Under the pieces are notes generated by a model. That model was given only the letters and a program-made list of their open reading frames with translations, made no database searches and was not told where the DNA came from. The translations under genes were made by a program, and so were the position numbers. Below, piece by piece: positions 1 through 17,460 of a stretch of 40,794 bases of DNA. Origin of the DNA: a phage; sequence record PZ683264.1; one strand, 5' to 3'. Within the stretch, counting starts at the first letter, position 1; the number at the start of each line of letters is the position of its first letter.

Positions 1-666
1 ACAATAGCTTCAGGTGGGGCAAATATTACCGGAACAGTTAACATGACTGGCGGTTATATTCAAGGTAACCGCATCGTAACACAAAATGAAATTGATAGAA
101 CTATTCCTGTCGGAGCTATTATGATGTGGGCCGCTGATAGTCTTCCTAGTGATGCTTGGCGTTTTTGCCACGGTGGAACTGTTTCAGCATCAGATTGTCC
201 ATTATATGCTTCTAGAATTGGAACAAGATACGGCGGAAGTTCATCAAATCCTGGATTACCTGATATGCGTGGTCTTTTTGTTCGCGGCTCTGGTCGTGGC
301 TCTCACTTAACAAATCCAAATGTTAATGGTAATGACCAGTTTGGTAAGCCTAGATTAGGTGTAGGTTGTACTGGTGGATATGTTGGTGAAGTACAGAAAC
401 AACAGATGTCTTATCATAAACATGCTGGCGGATTTGGTGAGCATGATGATTCTGGAGCATTCGGTAATACCCGTAGATCAAATTTTGTTGGTACACGTAA
501 AGGACTTGACTGGGATAACCGTTCATACTTCACTAATGACGGATATGAAATTGACCCAGAATCGCAACGAAATGACAGATATACATTAAATCGTCCTGAA
601 TTAATTGGAAATGAAACACGTCCATGGAACATTTCTTTAAACTACATAATTAAGGTAAAAGAATGA
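1..666 (+). CDS. 12: Short tail fibre protein gp12, C-terminal part (5' end lies upstream of the window)
   Basis: Frame 1 is open from nt 1 to the stop at 664-666; C-terminal receptor-binding region with H-K-H motif ([12 protein letters not shown]); position immediately upstream of wac as in T4. Confidence 0.85.
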   Translation, partial: TIASGGANITGTVNMTGGYIQGNRIVTQNEIDRTIPVGAIMMWAADSLPSDAWRFCHGGTVSASDCPLYASRIGTRYGGSSSNPGLPDMRGLFVRGSGRGSHLTNPNVNGNDQFGKPRLGVGCTGGYVGEVQKQQMSYHKHAGGFGEHDDSGAFGNTRRSNFVGTRKGLDWDNRSYFTNDGYEIDPESQRNDRYTLNRPELIGNETRPWNISLNYIIKVKE

Positions 667-2126
667 CAGATATTGTACTGAATGACTTACCATTCGTTGA
701 CGGCCCTCCTGCAGAGGGCCAGAGCCGCATTTCCTGGATTAAAAACGGCGAAGAAATATTAGGAGCTGACACACAGTATGGAAGTGAAGGTTCAATGAAT
801 AGACCTACAGTTTCTGTACTAAGAAATGTTGAAGTTCTTGATAAAAATCTTGGAATACTTAAAACATCTTTAGAAACCGCACATAGTGATATTAAAACAA
901 TTCAAAGTGTCTTAGATGTATCTGGTGATATTGAAGCTTTGACTCAAATAAGTATCAATAAAAAGGATATTTCTGACCTCAAAACGCTAACCAGTGAACA
1001 CACAGAAATATTAAATGGAACTAATAGCACGGTTGACAGTATTCTTGCCGATATTGGTCCATTTAACGCCGAGGCTAACTCTGTATACAGAACGATCAGA
1101 AATGATTTACTATGGATAAAGCGTGAACTTGGACAATACCCCGGTCAAGATATTAATGGTCTTCCTGTTGTAGGAAATCCTAGTAGTGGAATGAAGCATC
1201 GCATTATTAATAATACTGATGTCATTACTTCACAGGGAATACGTTTAAGCGAATTAGAAACAAAATTTATTGAATCTGATGTAGGTTCTTTGACTATTGA
1301 AGTTGGTAATCTTCGTGAAGAGCTTGGACCGAAACCACCATCATTTTCACAAAACGTTTATAGTCGTTTAAATGAAATTGACACTAAACAGACAACATTT
1401 GAATCTGACATTAGTGCTATTAAGACCTCAATAGGATATCCAGGAAATAATTCGATTATCACGAGTGTTAATACAAACACTGATAATATTGCATCTATTA
1501 ATTTAGAGCTAAATCAAAGTGGAGGTATTAAACAGCGTTTAACCGTTATAGAAACTTCTATCGGTTCAGATGATATTCCTTCGAGTATTAAAGGCCAAAT
1601 CAAAGATAATACAACTTCAATCGAAGCTCTAAACGGAATTGTAGGTGAAAACACTTCATCTGGTTTAAGAGCGAATGTTTCATGGTTAAACCAAATTGTT
1701 GGAACTGATTCTAGCGGTGGACAACCTTCTCCTCCTGGGTCTCTTTTAAACCGAGTTTCTACAATTGAAACTTCTGTTTCAGGCTTGAATAACGATGTTC
1801 AAAACCTACAAGTAGAGATTGGTAATAACAGCACAGGAATTAAAGGGCAAGTTGTAGCGTTAAATACTTTAGTAAATGGAACTAATCCAAACGGTTCAAC
1901 TGTTGAAGAGCGCGGATTAACCAATTCAATAAAAGCTAACGAAACCAACATTGCATCAGTTACACAAGAAGTGAATACAGCTAAAGGCAATATATCTTCT
2001 TTACAAGGCGATGTTCAAGCTCTCCAAGAAGCCGGTTATATTCCTGAAGCGCCAAGAGATGGGCAAGCTTACGTTCGTAAAGACGGCGAATGGGTATTGC
2101 TTTCTACCTTTTTATCACCAGCATAA
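663..2126 (+). CDS. wac: Fibritin (whisker antigen control, neck whiskers)
   Basis: 487 aa; C-terminal foldon [27 protein letters not shown] recognised; ATGA start/stop overlap with gene 12. Confidence 0.95.
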   Translation: MTDIVLNDLPFVDGPPAEGQSRISWIKNGEEILGADTQYGSEGSMNRPTVSVLRNVEVLDKNLGILKTSLETAHSDIKTIQSVLDVSGDIEALTQISINKKDISDLKTLTSEHTEILNGTNSTVDSILADIGPFNAEANSVYRTIRNDLLWIKRELGQYPGQDINGLPVVGNPSSGMKHRIINNTDVITSQGIRLSELETKFIESDVGSLTIEVGNLREELGPKPPSFSQNVYSRLNEIDTKQTTFESDISAIKTSIGYPGNNSIITSVNTNTDNIASINLELNQSGGIKQRLTVIETSIGSDDIPSSIKGQIKDNTTSIEALNGIVGENTSSGLRANVSWLNQIVGTDSSGGQPSPPGSLLNRVSTIETSVSGLNNDVQNLQVEIGNNSTGIKGQVVALNTLVNGTNPNGSTVEERGLTNSIKANETNIASVTQEVNTAKGNISSLQGDVQALQEAGYIPEAPRDGQAYVRKDGEWVLLSTFLSPA

Positions 2127-2129
2127 CAT

Positions 2130-2145
2130 GGGGCCGCAAGGCCCC
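2130..2145 (+). terminator. GC-rich hairpin between wac and gene 13 (partial terminator or stability element)
   Basis: ggggcc-gcaa-ggcccc stem-loop; no strong T-run follows. Confidence 0.35.
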
Positions 2146-2157
2146 AAAGGATTTTAA

Positions 2158-3859
<1,702 letters not shown>

Positions 3860-3900
3860 TAAATATTATAAACTAATTAAAGCCCAGATTAGGAGAAGTC

Positions 3901-7041
<3,141 letters not shown>

Positions 7042-7069
7042 TATTAAAGCATATTAAAGAGGATTAAAA

Positions 7070-9049
7070 ATGACTTTATTATCTCCGGGCATTGAGCTCA
7101 AAGAAACTACGGTTCAAAGCACCGTGGTTAATAACTCTACTGGTACAGCAGCTTTGGCCGGTAAATTCCAGTGGGGTCCTGCTTTTCAGATTAAACAGGT
7201 TACAAATGAAGTAGATTTAGTTAATACTTTTGGTCAACCAACCGCTGAAACTGCTGACTATTTTATGTCTGCGATGAATTTCTTGCAGTACGGAAATGAC
7301 TTACGAGTAGTTCGTGCTGTTGATAGAGATACCGCTAAAAACTCATCACCAATCGCTGGTAATATTGAATACACAATTTCTACCCCAGGTAGTAACTATG
7401 CGGTTGGAGATAAAATCACAGTCAAATATGTTTCAGATGATATTGAAACTGAAGGTAAAATTACTGAAGTAGACGCAGATGGAAAAATTAAGAAAATTAA
7501 TATTCCTACTGCAAAAATTATCGCTAAAGCGAAAGAAGTCGGTGAATATCCAACACTAGGTTCTAACTGGACTGCAGAAATTTCTTCGTCTTCTTCTGGT
7601 TTAGCCGCAGTAATAACTCTTGGAAAAATTATTACTGATTCTGGTATTTTATTAGCTGAAATTGAAAATGCTGAAGCTGCTATGACAGCGGTTGACTTTC
7701 AAGCAAATCTCGAAAAATACGGAATTCCAGGAGTAGTAGCTCTTTATCCAGGCGAATTAGGCGATAAAATTGAAATTGAAATCGTATCTAAAGCTGACTA
7801 TGCAAAAGGAGCTTCTGCATTACTCCCAATTTATCCAGGTGGTGGTACTCGTGCATCTACTGCTAAAGCAGTGTTTGGATATGGACCACAAACTGATTCA
7901 CAGTACGCTATTATAGTTCGTCGTAATGATGCTATTGTTCAAAGTGTTGTTCTTTCAACAAAGCGTGGTGAAAAAGATATTTACGATAGTAACATCTATA
8001 TTGATGACTTTTTCGCAAAAGGTGGTTCAGAATATATTTTTGCAACTGCACAAAACTGGCCAGAAGGCTTCTCTGGAATTTTAACTCTGTCTGGTGGATT
8101 ATCATCAAATGCTGAAGTATCAGCAGGAGATTTGATGGAAGCTTGGGACTTCTTTGCTGACCGTGAATCCGTTGATGTTCAACTGTTTATTGCAGGTTCT
8201 TGTGCCGGTGAATCTTTAGAAACAGCATCTACTGTCCAAAAACACGTCGTTTCAATTGGGGATGCTCGCCAAGATTGCTTAGTATTGTGCTCTCCTCCAC
8301 GTGAAACTGTAGTTGGAATTCCTGTAACTCGTGCAGTAGATAACTTAGTCAATTGGAGAACCGCAGCAGGTTCATACACTGATAATAACTTTAATATCAG
8401 TTCAACCTACGCAGCAATTGATGGTAACTACAAGTATCAGTATGACAAATATAATGATGTGAATCGTTGGGTTCCATTAGCAGCTGATATTGCTGGTTTA
8501 TGCGCAAGAACTGATAACGTTTCTCATACTTGGATGTCTCCAGCTGGTTATAATCGTGGCCAGATTCTTAACGTTATTAAACTTGCTATTGAAACTCGCC
8601 AAGCTCAGCGCGACCGTTTATATCAAGAAGCTATCAACCCGGTAACTGGTACAGGTGGTGATGGTTACGTATTGTATGGTGATAAAACAGCTACTTCTGT
8701 TCCTTCTCCGTTTGATCGTATTAACGTTCGTCGTCTGTTTAATATGTTGAAAACGAATATCGGACGTAGTTCAAAATATCGTTTGTTCGAATTAAACAAT
8801 GCGTTTACTCGTTCATCATTCCGCACAGAAACTGCCCAGTACTTACAGGGAATTAAAGCTCTCGGTGGAATTTATGAATATCGTGTAGTTTGCGATACAA
8901 CAAATAACACTCCGTCAGTAATTGATAGAAATGAGTTTGTTGCAACATTCTACATCCAACCTGCACGCAGTATAAATTATATCCAACTTAACTTCGTTGC
9001 GACTGCTACTGGTGCAGATTTCGATGAGTTAACTGGTCTTGCAGGTTAA
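7070..9049 (+). CDS. 18: Tail sheath protein gp18
   Basis: 659 aa; TATAAATA late promoter motif just upstream; synteny. Confidence 0.9.
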   Translation: MTLLSPGIELKETTVQSTVVNNSTGTAALAGKFQWGPAFQIKQVTNEVDLVNTFGQPTAETADYFMSAMNFLQYGNDLRVVRAVDRDTAKNSSPIAGNIEYTISTPGSNYAVGDKITVKYVSDDIETEGKITEVDADGKIKKINIPTAKIIAKAKEVGEYPTLGSNWTAEISSSSSGLAAVITLGKIITDSGILLAEIENAEAAMTAVDFQANLEKYGIPGVVALYPGELGDKIEIEIVSKADYAKGASALLPIYPGGGTRASTAKAVFGYGPQTDSQYAIIVRRNDAIVQSVVLSTKRGEKDIYDSNIYIDDFFAKGGSEYIFATAQNWPEGFSGILTLSGGLSSNAEVSAGDLMEAWDFFADRESVDVQLFIAGSCAGESLETASTVQKHVVSIGDARQDCLVLCSPPRETVVGIPVTRAVDNLVNWRTAAGSYTDNNFNISSTYAAIDGNYKYQYDKYNDVNRWVPLAADIAGLCARTDNVSHTWMSPAGYNRGQILNVIKLAIETRQAQRDRLYQEAINPVTGTGGDGYVLYGDKTATSVPSPFDRINVRRLFNMLKTNIGRSSKYRLFELNNAFTRSSFRTETAQYLQGIKALGGIYEYRVVCDTTNNTPSVIDRNEFVATFYIQPARSINYIQLNFVATATGADFDELTGLAG

Positions 9050-9084
9050 TACGGTGCATTCTAAAGGCCTGTTTCGGCAGGCCA

Positions 9085-9092
9085 TATAAATA
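9085..9092 (+). promoter_or_regulatory. Late promoter core TATAAATA (distal) upstream of gene 19
   Basis: Exact TATAAATA in the 18-19 intergenic region. Confidence 0.55.
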
Positions 9093-9143
9093 CACTATAT
9101 CCTTAATTCTTTAATTCTATATGCCCTAGGTTAAACATAGGGA

Positions 9144-9151
9144 TATAAATA
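9144..9151 (+). promoter_or_regulatory. Late promoter core TATAAATA (proximal) upstream of gene 19
   Basis: Exact TATAAATA about 15 nt upstream of the gene 19 ATG. Confidence 0.65.
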
Positions 9152-9165
9152 CTACAGAGGCTAAT

Positions 9166-9657
9166 ATGTTTGTAGATGATGTAACACGAGCGTTTGAATC
9201 TGGTGATTTTGCTCGACCTAACTTATTCCAAGTAGAAATTTCTTATCTTGGACAAAATTTTACGTTTCAATGTAAAGCCACTGCTTTACCAGCTGGTATT
9301 GTAGAAAAAATTCCAGTCGGATTTATGAACCGTAAAATTAACGTAGCAGGCGATCGTACATTCGATGACTGGACTGTTACAGTAATGAACGATGAAGCTC
9401 ATGATGCTCGTCAGAAGTTCGTTGATTGGCAAAGCATTGCTGCGGGGCAAGGAAACGAAATTACTGGTGGAAAACCTGCAGAGTATAAAAAGAGCGCTAT
9501 CGTTCGTCAATACGCTCGTGACGCTAAAACAGTAACAAAAGAAATTGAAATTAAAGGTCTGTGGCCTACTAACGTGGGTGAACTTCAATTAGATTGGGAT
9601 TCAAACAATGAAATCCAAACCTTTGAAGTAACTCTCGCTCTCGATTATTGGGAATAA
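9166..9657 (+). CDS. 19: Tail tube protein gp19
   Basis: 163 aa; two TATAAATA motifs upstream; synteny. Confidence 0.9.
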   Translation: MFVDDVTRAFESGDFARPNLFQVEISYLGQNFTFQCKATALPAGIVEKIPVGFMNRKINVAGDRTFDDWTVTVMNDEAHDARQKFVDWQSIAAGQGNEITGGKPAEYKKSAIVRQYARDAKTVTKEIEIKGLWPTNVGELQLDWDSNNEIQTFEVTLALDYWE

Positions 9658-9663
9658 AATGAA

Positions 9664-9677
9664 TGGGGAGAAATCCC
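9664..9677 (+). terminator. Hairpin after gene 19
   Basis: ggggag-aaa-tcccc stem-loop just downstream of the gene 19 stop; weak T-tract. Confidence 0.35.
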
Positions 9678-9689
9678 CATCCTGCTTAA

Positions 9690-11314
<1,625 letters not shown>

Positions 11315-11315
<1 letters not shown>

Positions 11316-11563
11316 TGGAAGGTTTAATTGAAGCTATTAAATCAAACGACCTCGTAGCCGCTCGTAAATTATTTGCTGAAGCCATGGCTGCAAGAACGAT
11401 TGATTTAATTAAAGAAGAAAAAATCGCTATCGCTCGTAATTTCTTAATCGAAGGTGAAGAACCTGATGACGAGGATGATGACGAAGACGAAGATAGTGAT
11501 GATAAAGACGACAAAAAAGACAAAGATTCTGATGAAGATGACGAAGACGAGGATGATGAATAA
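11315..11563 (+). CDS. 67: Prohead core protein gp67, with strongly acidic C-terminal tail
   Basis: 82 aa between portal and gp68; ATGA coupling at both ends; C-terminal D/E-rich low-complexity run. Confidence 0.8.
11456..11560 (+). repeat. Low-complexity GAT/GAC/GAA codon run encoding the acidic tail of gp67
   Basis: Encodes [37 protein letters not shown]; the antisense poly-Ser ORF 11266..11586 is a by-product. Confidence 0.8.
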
Positions 11564-11988
11564 TGCTTCTGATCCCTGAAACTCATGAATTAGTTCTCGA
11601 GAATGTCGAAGCACTTATTCCTGAAGCACAGGGTCGCTTTGACGAATTGTCTTCTGCTTTAAATAAAGACGATATAAATACAATTGTCGAGAATATGCTT
11701 GATGATGAAACTGATTTAGCAATTGCATTAGCTTCTATTAATGAAGATATGCCGCTAAATGAATTCATCGTTAAACATGTTTCAGCTCGTGGTGAAATTA
11801 CACGTACTAAAGACCGCAAGACGCGTGAACGTAATGCATTTCAAACCACCGGGCTGTCTAAAGCAAAACGTAGACAAATTGCTCGCAAAGCTACCAAAAC
11901 GAAGATTGCCAATCCAGCAGGTCAATCTCGTGCTCAGCGTAAGCGTAAAAAAGCTCTTAAACGCCGTAAAGCATTAGGATTAAGCTAA
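11563..11988 (+). CDS. 68: Prohead core protein gp68
   Basis: 141 aa, basic C-terminus; synteny 67-68-21. Confidence 0.8.
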   Translation: MLLIPETHELVLENVEALIPEAQGRFDELSSALNKDDINTIVENMLDDETDLAIALASINEDMPLNEFIVKHVSARGEITRTKDRKTRERNAFQTTGLSKAKRRQIARKATKTKIANPAGQSRAQRKRKKALKRRKALGLS

Positions 11989-12626
11989 TGAATGAACCCC
12001 AATTACTAATTGAAACTTGGGGTCAACCTGGCGAAATTATTGATGGCGTGCCAATGCTTGAATCTCATGATGGAAAAGACTTAGGTTTAAAACCTGGTTT
12101 ATACATCGAAGGAATATTCATGCAAGCGGAAGTCGTTAATAGAAATAAACGTCTTTATCCAAAACGCATATTAGAAAAAGCGGTAAAAGACTATATCAAT
12201 GAGCAAGTTTTAACAAAACAAGCTCTCGGAGAATTAAATCATCCTCCACGCGCTAATGTTGACCCGATGCAAGCCGCTATCATTATAGAAGATATGTGGT
12301 GGAAAGGAAATGACGTATACGGACGAGCTCGTGTTATTGAAGGTGACCATGGTCCTGGAGATAAATTAGCAGCTAATATTCGTGCCGGATGGATTCCAGG
12401 AGTTTCTTCTCGTGGATTAGGTTCATTGACTGACACAAATAAAGGTTATCGTATCGTAAACGAAGGATTCAAATTAACTGTAGGTGTTGATGCAGTATGG
12501 GGTCCAAGTGCTCCAGATGCATGGGTAACTCCTAAGGAAATTACCGAATCACAGACGGCGGAAGCCGATACAAGTGCCGATGACGCCTATATGGCTCTCG
12601 CAGAGGCCATGAAAAAAGCGTTATAA
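11988..12626 (+). CDS. 21: Prohead core scaffold protease gp21
   Basis: 212 aa; synteny upstream of scaffold and major capsid genes. Confidence 0.9.
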   Translation: MNEPQLLIETWGQPGEIIDGVPMLESHDGKDLGLKPGLYIEGIFMQAEVVNRNKRLYPKRILEKAVKDYINEQVLTKQALGELNHPPRANVDPMQAAIIIEDMWWKGNDVYGRARVIEGDHGPGDKLAANIRAGWIPGVSSRGLGSLTDTNKGYRIVNEGFKLTVGVDAVWGPSAPDAWVTPKEITESQTAEADTSADDAYMALAEAMKKAL

Positions 12627-12629
12627 ATA
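12622..12629 (+). promoter_or_regulatory. Late promoter core TATAAATA upstream of gene 22
   Basis: Exact TATAAATA overlapping the gene 21 stop, about 28 nt upstream of gene 22. Confidence 0.6.
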
Positions 12630-12656
12630 TTATTATCTAAACAACAGGACTACAAA

Positions 12657-13466
12657 ATGCTTAAAGAACAACTGATTGCCGAAGCGCAGAAAATTGATGC
12701 TTCCGTTGCTCTTGATAGTATTTTCGAATCAGTTAATATTTCTCCGGAAGCAAAAGAAACTTTCGGCACTGTATTCGAAGCTACCGTCAAGCAGCACGCC
12801 GTTAAATTAGCTGAATCTCATATCGCTAAAATTGCTGAAAAAGCAGAAGAAGAAGTAGAAAAAAATAAAGAAGAAGCAGAAGAAAAAGCTGAGAAGAAAA
12901 TCGCTGAGCAAGCTTCTAAATTCCTTGACCATCTTGCAAAAGAATGGCTCGCTGAAAATAAATTAGCAGTTGATAAAGGCATCAAAGCCGAACTGTTTGA
13001 ATCCATGCTTGGTGGATTAAAAGAGCTCTTCGTTGAACACAACGTTGTTGTTCCAGAAGAATCAGTTGATGTTGTAGCTGAAATGGAAGAAGAACTGCAA
13101 GAACATAAAGAAGAATCAGCTCGTCTGTTCGAAGAACTCAATAAGCGTGACGCATATATCAATTATGTGCAGCGTGAAGTGGCATTGAGCGAAAGTACTA
13201 AAGATCTGACTGAGTCTCAAAAAGAAAAAGTCTCTGCTCTGGTCGAAGGTATGGATTATTCAGATGCATTCTCAAGTAAATTGAGTGCAATCGTAGAAAT
13301 GGTGAAGAAATCTAATAAAGATGAAAGCACTATTACTGAGAGTATAAATACTCCTGATACTGAAGCAGCCGGACTGAATTTCGTCACTGAAGCTGTAGAA
13401 GATAAATCTGCACAAGGTGCAGAAGATATTGTAAGTGTATATGCGAAAGTCGCATCTCGTTTCTAA
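12657..13466 (+). CDS. 22: Prohead core scaffold protein gp22
   Basis: 269 aa, E/K-rich predicted coiled coil; TATAAATA motif upstream. Confidence 0.9.
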   Translation: MLKEQLIAEAQKIDASVALDSIFESVNISPEAKETFGTVFEATVKQHAVKLAESHIAKIAEKAEEEVEKNKEEAEEKAEKKIAEQASKFLDHLAKEWLAENKLAVDKGIKAELFESMLGGLKELFVEHNVVVPEESVDVVAEMEEELQEHKEESARLFEELNKRDAYINYVQREVALSESTKDLTESQKEKVSALVEGMDYSDAFSSKLSAIVEMVKKSNKDESTITESINTPDTEAAGLNFVTEAVEDKSAQGAEDIVSVYAKVASRF

Positions 13467-13484
13467 TTTTAAAGGTTAACACAA

Positions 13485-15050
13485 ATGACTATCAAAACTA
13501 AAGCTGAACTTTTGAACAAATGGAAGCCATTACTGGAAGGTGAAGGTTTACCGGAAATTGCTAATAGCAAACAAGCGATTATCGCTAAAATCTTTGAAAA
13601 CCAGGAAAAAGATTTCCAGACAGCTCCGGAATATAAAGACGAAAAAATTGCTCAGGCATTCGGTTCTTTCTTAACAGAAGCTGAAATCGGTGGTGACCAC
13701 GGTTACAATGCTACCAACATCGCTGCTGGTCAGACTTCTGGCGCAGTAACTCAGATTGGCCCGGCTGTTATGGGTATGGTACGTCGTGCTATTCCTAACC
13801 TGATTGCTTTCGATATTTGTGGTGTTCAGCCGATGAACAGCCCGACTGGACAGGTATTCGCACTGCGCGCAGTATATGGTAAAGACCCAATCGCTTCCGG
13901 TGCTAAAGAAGCATTCCACCCAATGTATGGTCCAGATGCAATGTTCTCTGGTCAGGGTGCTGCTAAGAAATTCGCTGCTCTGGCTGCTAGTACTGAAACT
14001 ACAGTAGGTGAAATCTATACTCACTTCTTCCAGGAAACTGGTACTGTATATCTGCAAGCTTCTGCTCAAGTAACAATTAGTTCAAGTGCAAATGATGCAG
14101 ATAAATTAGATGCTGAAATTAAGAAACAAATGGAAGCTGGTGCACTGGTAGAAATCGCTGAAGGTATGGCTACTTCTATCGCTGAACTTCAGGAAGGTTT
14201 CAATGGTTCTACCGATAACCCATGGAATGAAATGGGCTTCCGTATCGATAAGCAAGTTATCGAAGCTAAATCTCGTCAGCTGAAAGCTGCTTACTCTATT
14301 GAATTAGCACAAGACCTCCGCGCTGTTCACGGTATGGATGCTGATGCTGAACTGTCTGGTATTCTGGCTACAGAAATTATGCTGGAAATCAACCGCGAAG
14401 TTGTTGATTGGATTAACTACTCAGCGCAGGTTGGTAAATCTGGTATGACCCTGACTCCGGGTTCTAAAGCTGGTGTATTTGACTTCCAGGATCCAATTGA
14501 TATTCGTGGTGCTCGCTGGGCAGGTGAATCCTTTAAAGCTCTGTTGTTCCAGATTGACAAAGAAGCAGTTGAAATCGCTCGTCAGACCGGTCGTGGTGAA
14601 GGTAACTTCATTATCGCTTCCCGTAACGTCGTTAACGTTCTGGCTTCAGTTGATACCGGCATTTCTTATGCTGCACAGGGTCTGGCTACTGGCTTTAACA
14701 CTGATACTACCAAGTCAGTATTTGCTGGTGTTCTGGGTGGTAAATACCGTGTATATATCGACCAGTATGCTAAACAGGATTATTTCACTGTAGGTTATAA
14801 AGGTCCGAACGAAATGGATGCTGGTATTTACTATGCTCCATATGTAGCTCTGACTCCGCTGCGTGGTTCCGATCCGAAGAACTTCCAACCAGTAATGGGA
14901 TTCAAAACTCGTTACGGTATCGGTATCAACCCGTTTGCAGAATCCGCTGCTCAGGCTCCGGCTTCTCGCATCCAGAGCGGTATGCCTTCTATTCTGAATA
15001 GCCTTGGTAAAAACGCTTACTTCCGCCGTGTATATGTTAAAGGTATCTAA
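13485..15050 (+). CDS. 23: Major capsid protein gp23
   Basis: 521 aa; strongly biased codon usage typical of a highly expressed late gene; followed by a strong terminator. Confidence 0.95.
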   Translation: MTIKTKAELLNKWKPLLEGEGLPEIANSKQAIIAKIFENQEKDFQTAPEYKDEKIAQAFGSFLTEAEIGGDHGYNATNIAAGQTSGAVTQIGPAVMGMVRRAIPNLIAFDICGVQPMNSPTGQVFALRAVYGKDPIASGAKEAFHPMYGPDAMFSGQGAAKKFAALAASTETTVGEIYTHFFQETGTVYLQASAQVTISSSANDADKLDAEIKKQMEAGALVEIAEGMATSIAELQEGFNGSTDNPWNEMGFRIDKQVIEAKSRQLKAAYSIELAQDLRAVHGMDADAELSGILATEIMLEINREVVDWINYSAQVGKSGMTLTPGSKAGVFDFQDPIDIRGARWAGESFKALLFQIDKEAVEIARQTGRGEGNFIIASRNVVNVLASVDTGISYAAQGLATGFNTDTTKSVFAGVLGGKYRVYIDQYAKQDYFTVGYKGPNEMDAGIYYAPYVALTPLRGSDPKNFQPVMGFKTRYGIGINPFAESAAQAPASRIQSGMPSILNSLGKNAYFRRVYVKGI

Positions 15051-15065
15051 TCTTTGACGATTTAA

Positions 15066-15095
15066 GGGACCTTCGGGTCCCTTTAGTTGTTTTTA
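15066..15095 (+). terminator. Rho-independent terminator after major capsid gene 23
   Basis: gggacc-ttcg-ggtccc hairpin followed by tttagttgttttta. Confidence 0.75.
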
Positions 15096-15098
15096 TGG

Positions 15099-15106
15099 TA
15101 TAAATA
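15099..15106 (+). promoter_or_regulatory. Late promoter core TATAAATA upstream of gene 24
   Basis: Exact TATAAATA about 28 nt upstream of the gene 24 ATG, just after the gene 23 terminator. Confidence 0.65.
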
Positions 15107-15133
15107 AATCATATAAACCAAAAGGAAAGCGCA

Positions 15134-16417
15134 ATGGCTAAAATCAACGAACTTCTGCGCGAATCAACCACAACGAATAGCAACTCAATCGGTCGCCCAA
15201 ATCTCGTTGCTTTGACTCGCGCTACCACTAAATTAATATATTCTGACATTGTAGCAACGCAAAGAACTAATCAACCTGTTGCTGCTTTTTATGGTATCAA
15301 ATACCTTAACCCAGACAATGAATTTACATTTAAAACTGGTGCTACTTATGCTGGCGAAGCTGGATATGTAGACCGAGAACAAATCACAGAATTAACAGAA
15401 GAGTCTAAATTAACTCTCAATAAAGGCGATTTATTCAAATATAATAATATCGTTTATAAAGTATTAGAAGATACACCATTTGCTGATATTGAAGAAAGCG
15501 ATTTAGAATTGGCTCTTCAGATTGCAATTGTTCTTTTAAAGGTTCGTCTATTTTCTGACGCAGCGTCAACAAGCAAATTTGAAAGCTCTGATAGTGAAAT
15601 TGCGGATGCTAGATTCCAGATTAATAAATGGCAAACCGCAGTTAAATCTCGTAAACTTAAAACTGGTATCACAGTTGAATTAGCACAAGATTTAGAAGCA
15701 AATGGATTCGATGCTCCTAATTTCTTGGAAGATTTGCTTGCAACTGAAATGGCAGATGAAATCAATAAAGATATTCTGCAGTCTTTGATTACAGTGTCAA
15801 AACGCTATAAAGTTACAGGAATTACTGATACTGGATTCATCGATTTGAGTTATGCATCTGCTCCTGAAGCAGGTCGTTCATTATACCGAATGGTATGTGA
15901 AATGGTTTCACATATCCAAAAAGAATCAACTTATACAGCAACGTTCTGTGTTGCTTCAGCTCGTGCTGCTGCGATTCTTGCTGCATCAGGTTGGTTAAAA
16001 CATAAACCGGAAGATGATAAATATCTTTCACAAAATGCCTACGGGTTCTTAGCTAATGGTTTACCGCTTTATTGCGATACTAACAGCCCATTAGATTATG
16101 TAATCGTTGGTGTAGTAGAAAATATCGGTGAAAAAGAAATTGTCGGATCAATTTTCTATGCTCCGTATACAGAAGGTCTCGACTTAGATGACCCTGAACA
16201 TGTAGGTGCATTTAAAGTTGTTGTTGATCCAGAAAGTTTGCAGCCATCTATCGGTTTATTGGTTAGATATGCTTTATCTGCAAATCCTTACACTGTAGCA
16301 AAAGATGAAAAAGAAGCAAGAATAATTGATGGTGGAGACATGGATAAAATGGCGGGTCGTTCAGATTTGTCTGTTTTATTAGGTGTTAAACTACCAAAAA
16401 TTATCGTTGATGAATAA
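15134..16417 (+). CDS. 24: Capsid vertex protein gp24
   Basis: 427 aa; central region resembles gp23 (paralogue); late promoter upstream. Confidence 0.9.
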   Translation: MAKINELLRESTTTNSNSIGRPNLVALTRATTKLIYSDIVATQRTNQPVAAFYGIKYLNPDNEFTFKTGATYAGEAGYVDREQITELTEESKLTLNKGDLFKYNNIVYKVLEDTPFADIEESDLELALQIAIVLLKVRLFSDAASTSKFESSDSEIADARFQINKWQTAVKSRKLKTGITVELAQDLEANGFDAPNFLEDLLATEMADEINKDILQSLITVSKRYKVTGITDTGFIDLSYASAPEAGRSLYRMVCEMVSHIQKESTYTATFCVASARAAAILAASGWLKHKPEDDKYLSQNAYGFLANGLPLYCDTNSPLDYVIVGVVENIGEKEIVGSIFYAPYTEGLDLDDPEHVGAFKVVVDPESLQPSIGLLVRYALSANPYTVAKDEKEARIIDGGDMDKMAGRSDLSVLLGVKLPKIIVDE

Positions 16418-16422
16418 AACAA

Positions 16423-16448
16423 AGGGACCGAAAGGTCCCTTTTTATTT
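16423..16448. terminator. Bidirectional rho-independent terminator between convergent gene 24 and rnlB
   Basis: agggacc-gaaa-ggtccct hairpin flanked by T-runs on both strands. Confidence 0.75.
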
Positions 16449-17451
16449 AACTTACCAATTCAATCCAAGCCGGACGAAGTACATCTTGTACCATTTTAAC
16501 TAATTCCTTTTTAATCAAAGAAGGATTATCCGCTTGAGTTAGAGTAATACCTTCACGAGAAGTTTCTTCCAAAATATCTTGAACAGTTAGTCCCATCACC
16601 TTTCCAAAATCCTTCGGACCAATTTCGCCAATTTTAGAAATAACGTTATTTACCCGGTTCAGTGTAACGTAGCAAGCTAAAATTCCCAGCAATTTATTAT
16701 CAGCTTCTGACAGCTCAACTTTAGCTTTAATAGGCTTATCAGACTTTTTCTTTTCGCTAAATTTAGAGTTCTTGCATTTAATAGCTACACGATTGCCATT
16801 AGGCATCCAAGAAGGATAACAAGGTTTCAATACATAACCTTCAGCGGTAAATACTTCGCCTTTTGCTTCAGCTTTCCAAACACATTTGTTAGCGTCAACT
16901 AATCCAGCATGGTCTACTGTAAAATTATAATCTTGGACGACAGAATCTAAATCATTTGGCAATTTAATAAGCTCTTCAAATTTACCGCGACCTAAAAGTG
17001 GAGCCATTTTAAATTTAAATGTATTACAGAATGATTCCATCATATAATCATCGACATAAGTCACATCACCACTTTCGGTAGTAACAATAATGTCAAATAC
17101 ATAAAAATCTTTATCACCATAATCGACATTCTTCTGAATGCCAGGTCCAGCAAATTCGCCAAAGACTTGATAAGATACAACTGCCGAAGTTTCCATAATA
17201 TCTTGTACTGCTTTAATGGAATCAGCGTAATTCTTTAGAATAATTTCATACCCAAAGAAATCTTCAGCAGGAAGAATAGGACCAGTACGTTTAGCGCAAG
17301 TTACTTTATCGCGCTCAATAATCAACGAGAAATTTGTACCATGAATCTTTTCACGAGCTACCCACTCCCCACCAGTCAATCCCAAGCTATAAAGTTTTTC
17401 AACAAATTTAGAGTTGTAATGATTTTCAAGACTGCTATACTTTTTAAACAT
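16447..17451 (-). CDS. rnlB: RNA ligase 2
   Basis: 334 aa; nucleotidyltransferase motif I KIHGTN near the N-terminus; position after gene 24. Confidence 0.85.
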   Translation of the reverse strand: MFKKYSSLENHYNSKFVEKLYSLGLTGGEWVAREKIHGTNFSLIIERDKVTCAKRTGPILPAEDFFGYEIILKNYADSIKAVQDIMETSAVVSYQVFGEFAGPGIQKNVDYGDKDFYVFDIIVTTESGDVTYVDDYMMESFCNTFKFKMAPLLGRGKFEELIKLPNDLDSVVQDYNFTVDHAGLVDANKCVWKAEAKGEVFTAEGYVLKPCYPSWMPNGNRVAIKCKNSKFSEKKKSDKPIKAKVELSEADNKLLGILACYVTLNRVNNVISKIGEIGPKDFGKVMGLTVQDILEETSREGITLTQADNPSLIKKELVKMVQDVLRPAWIELVS

Positions 17452-17460
17452 AATTAATCC

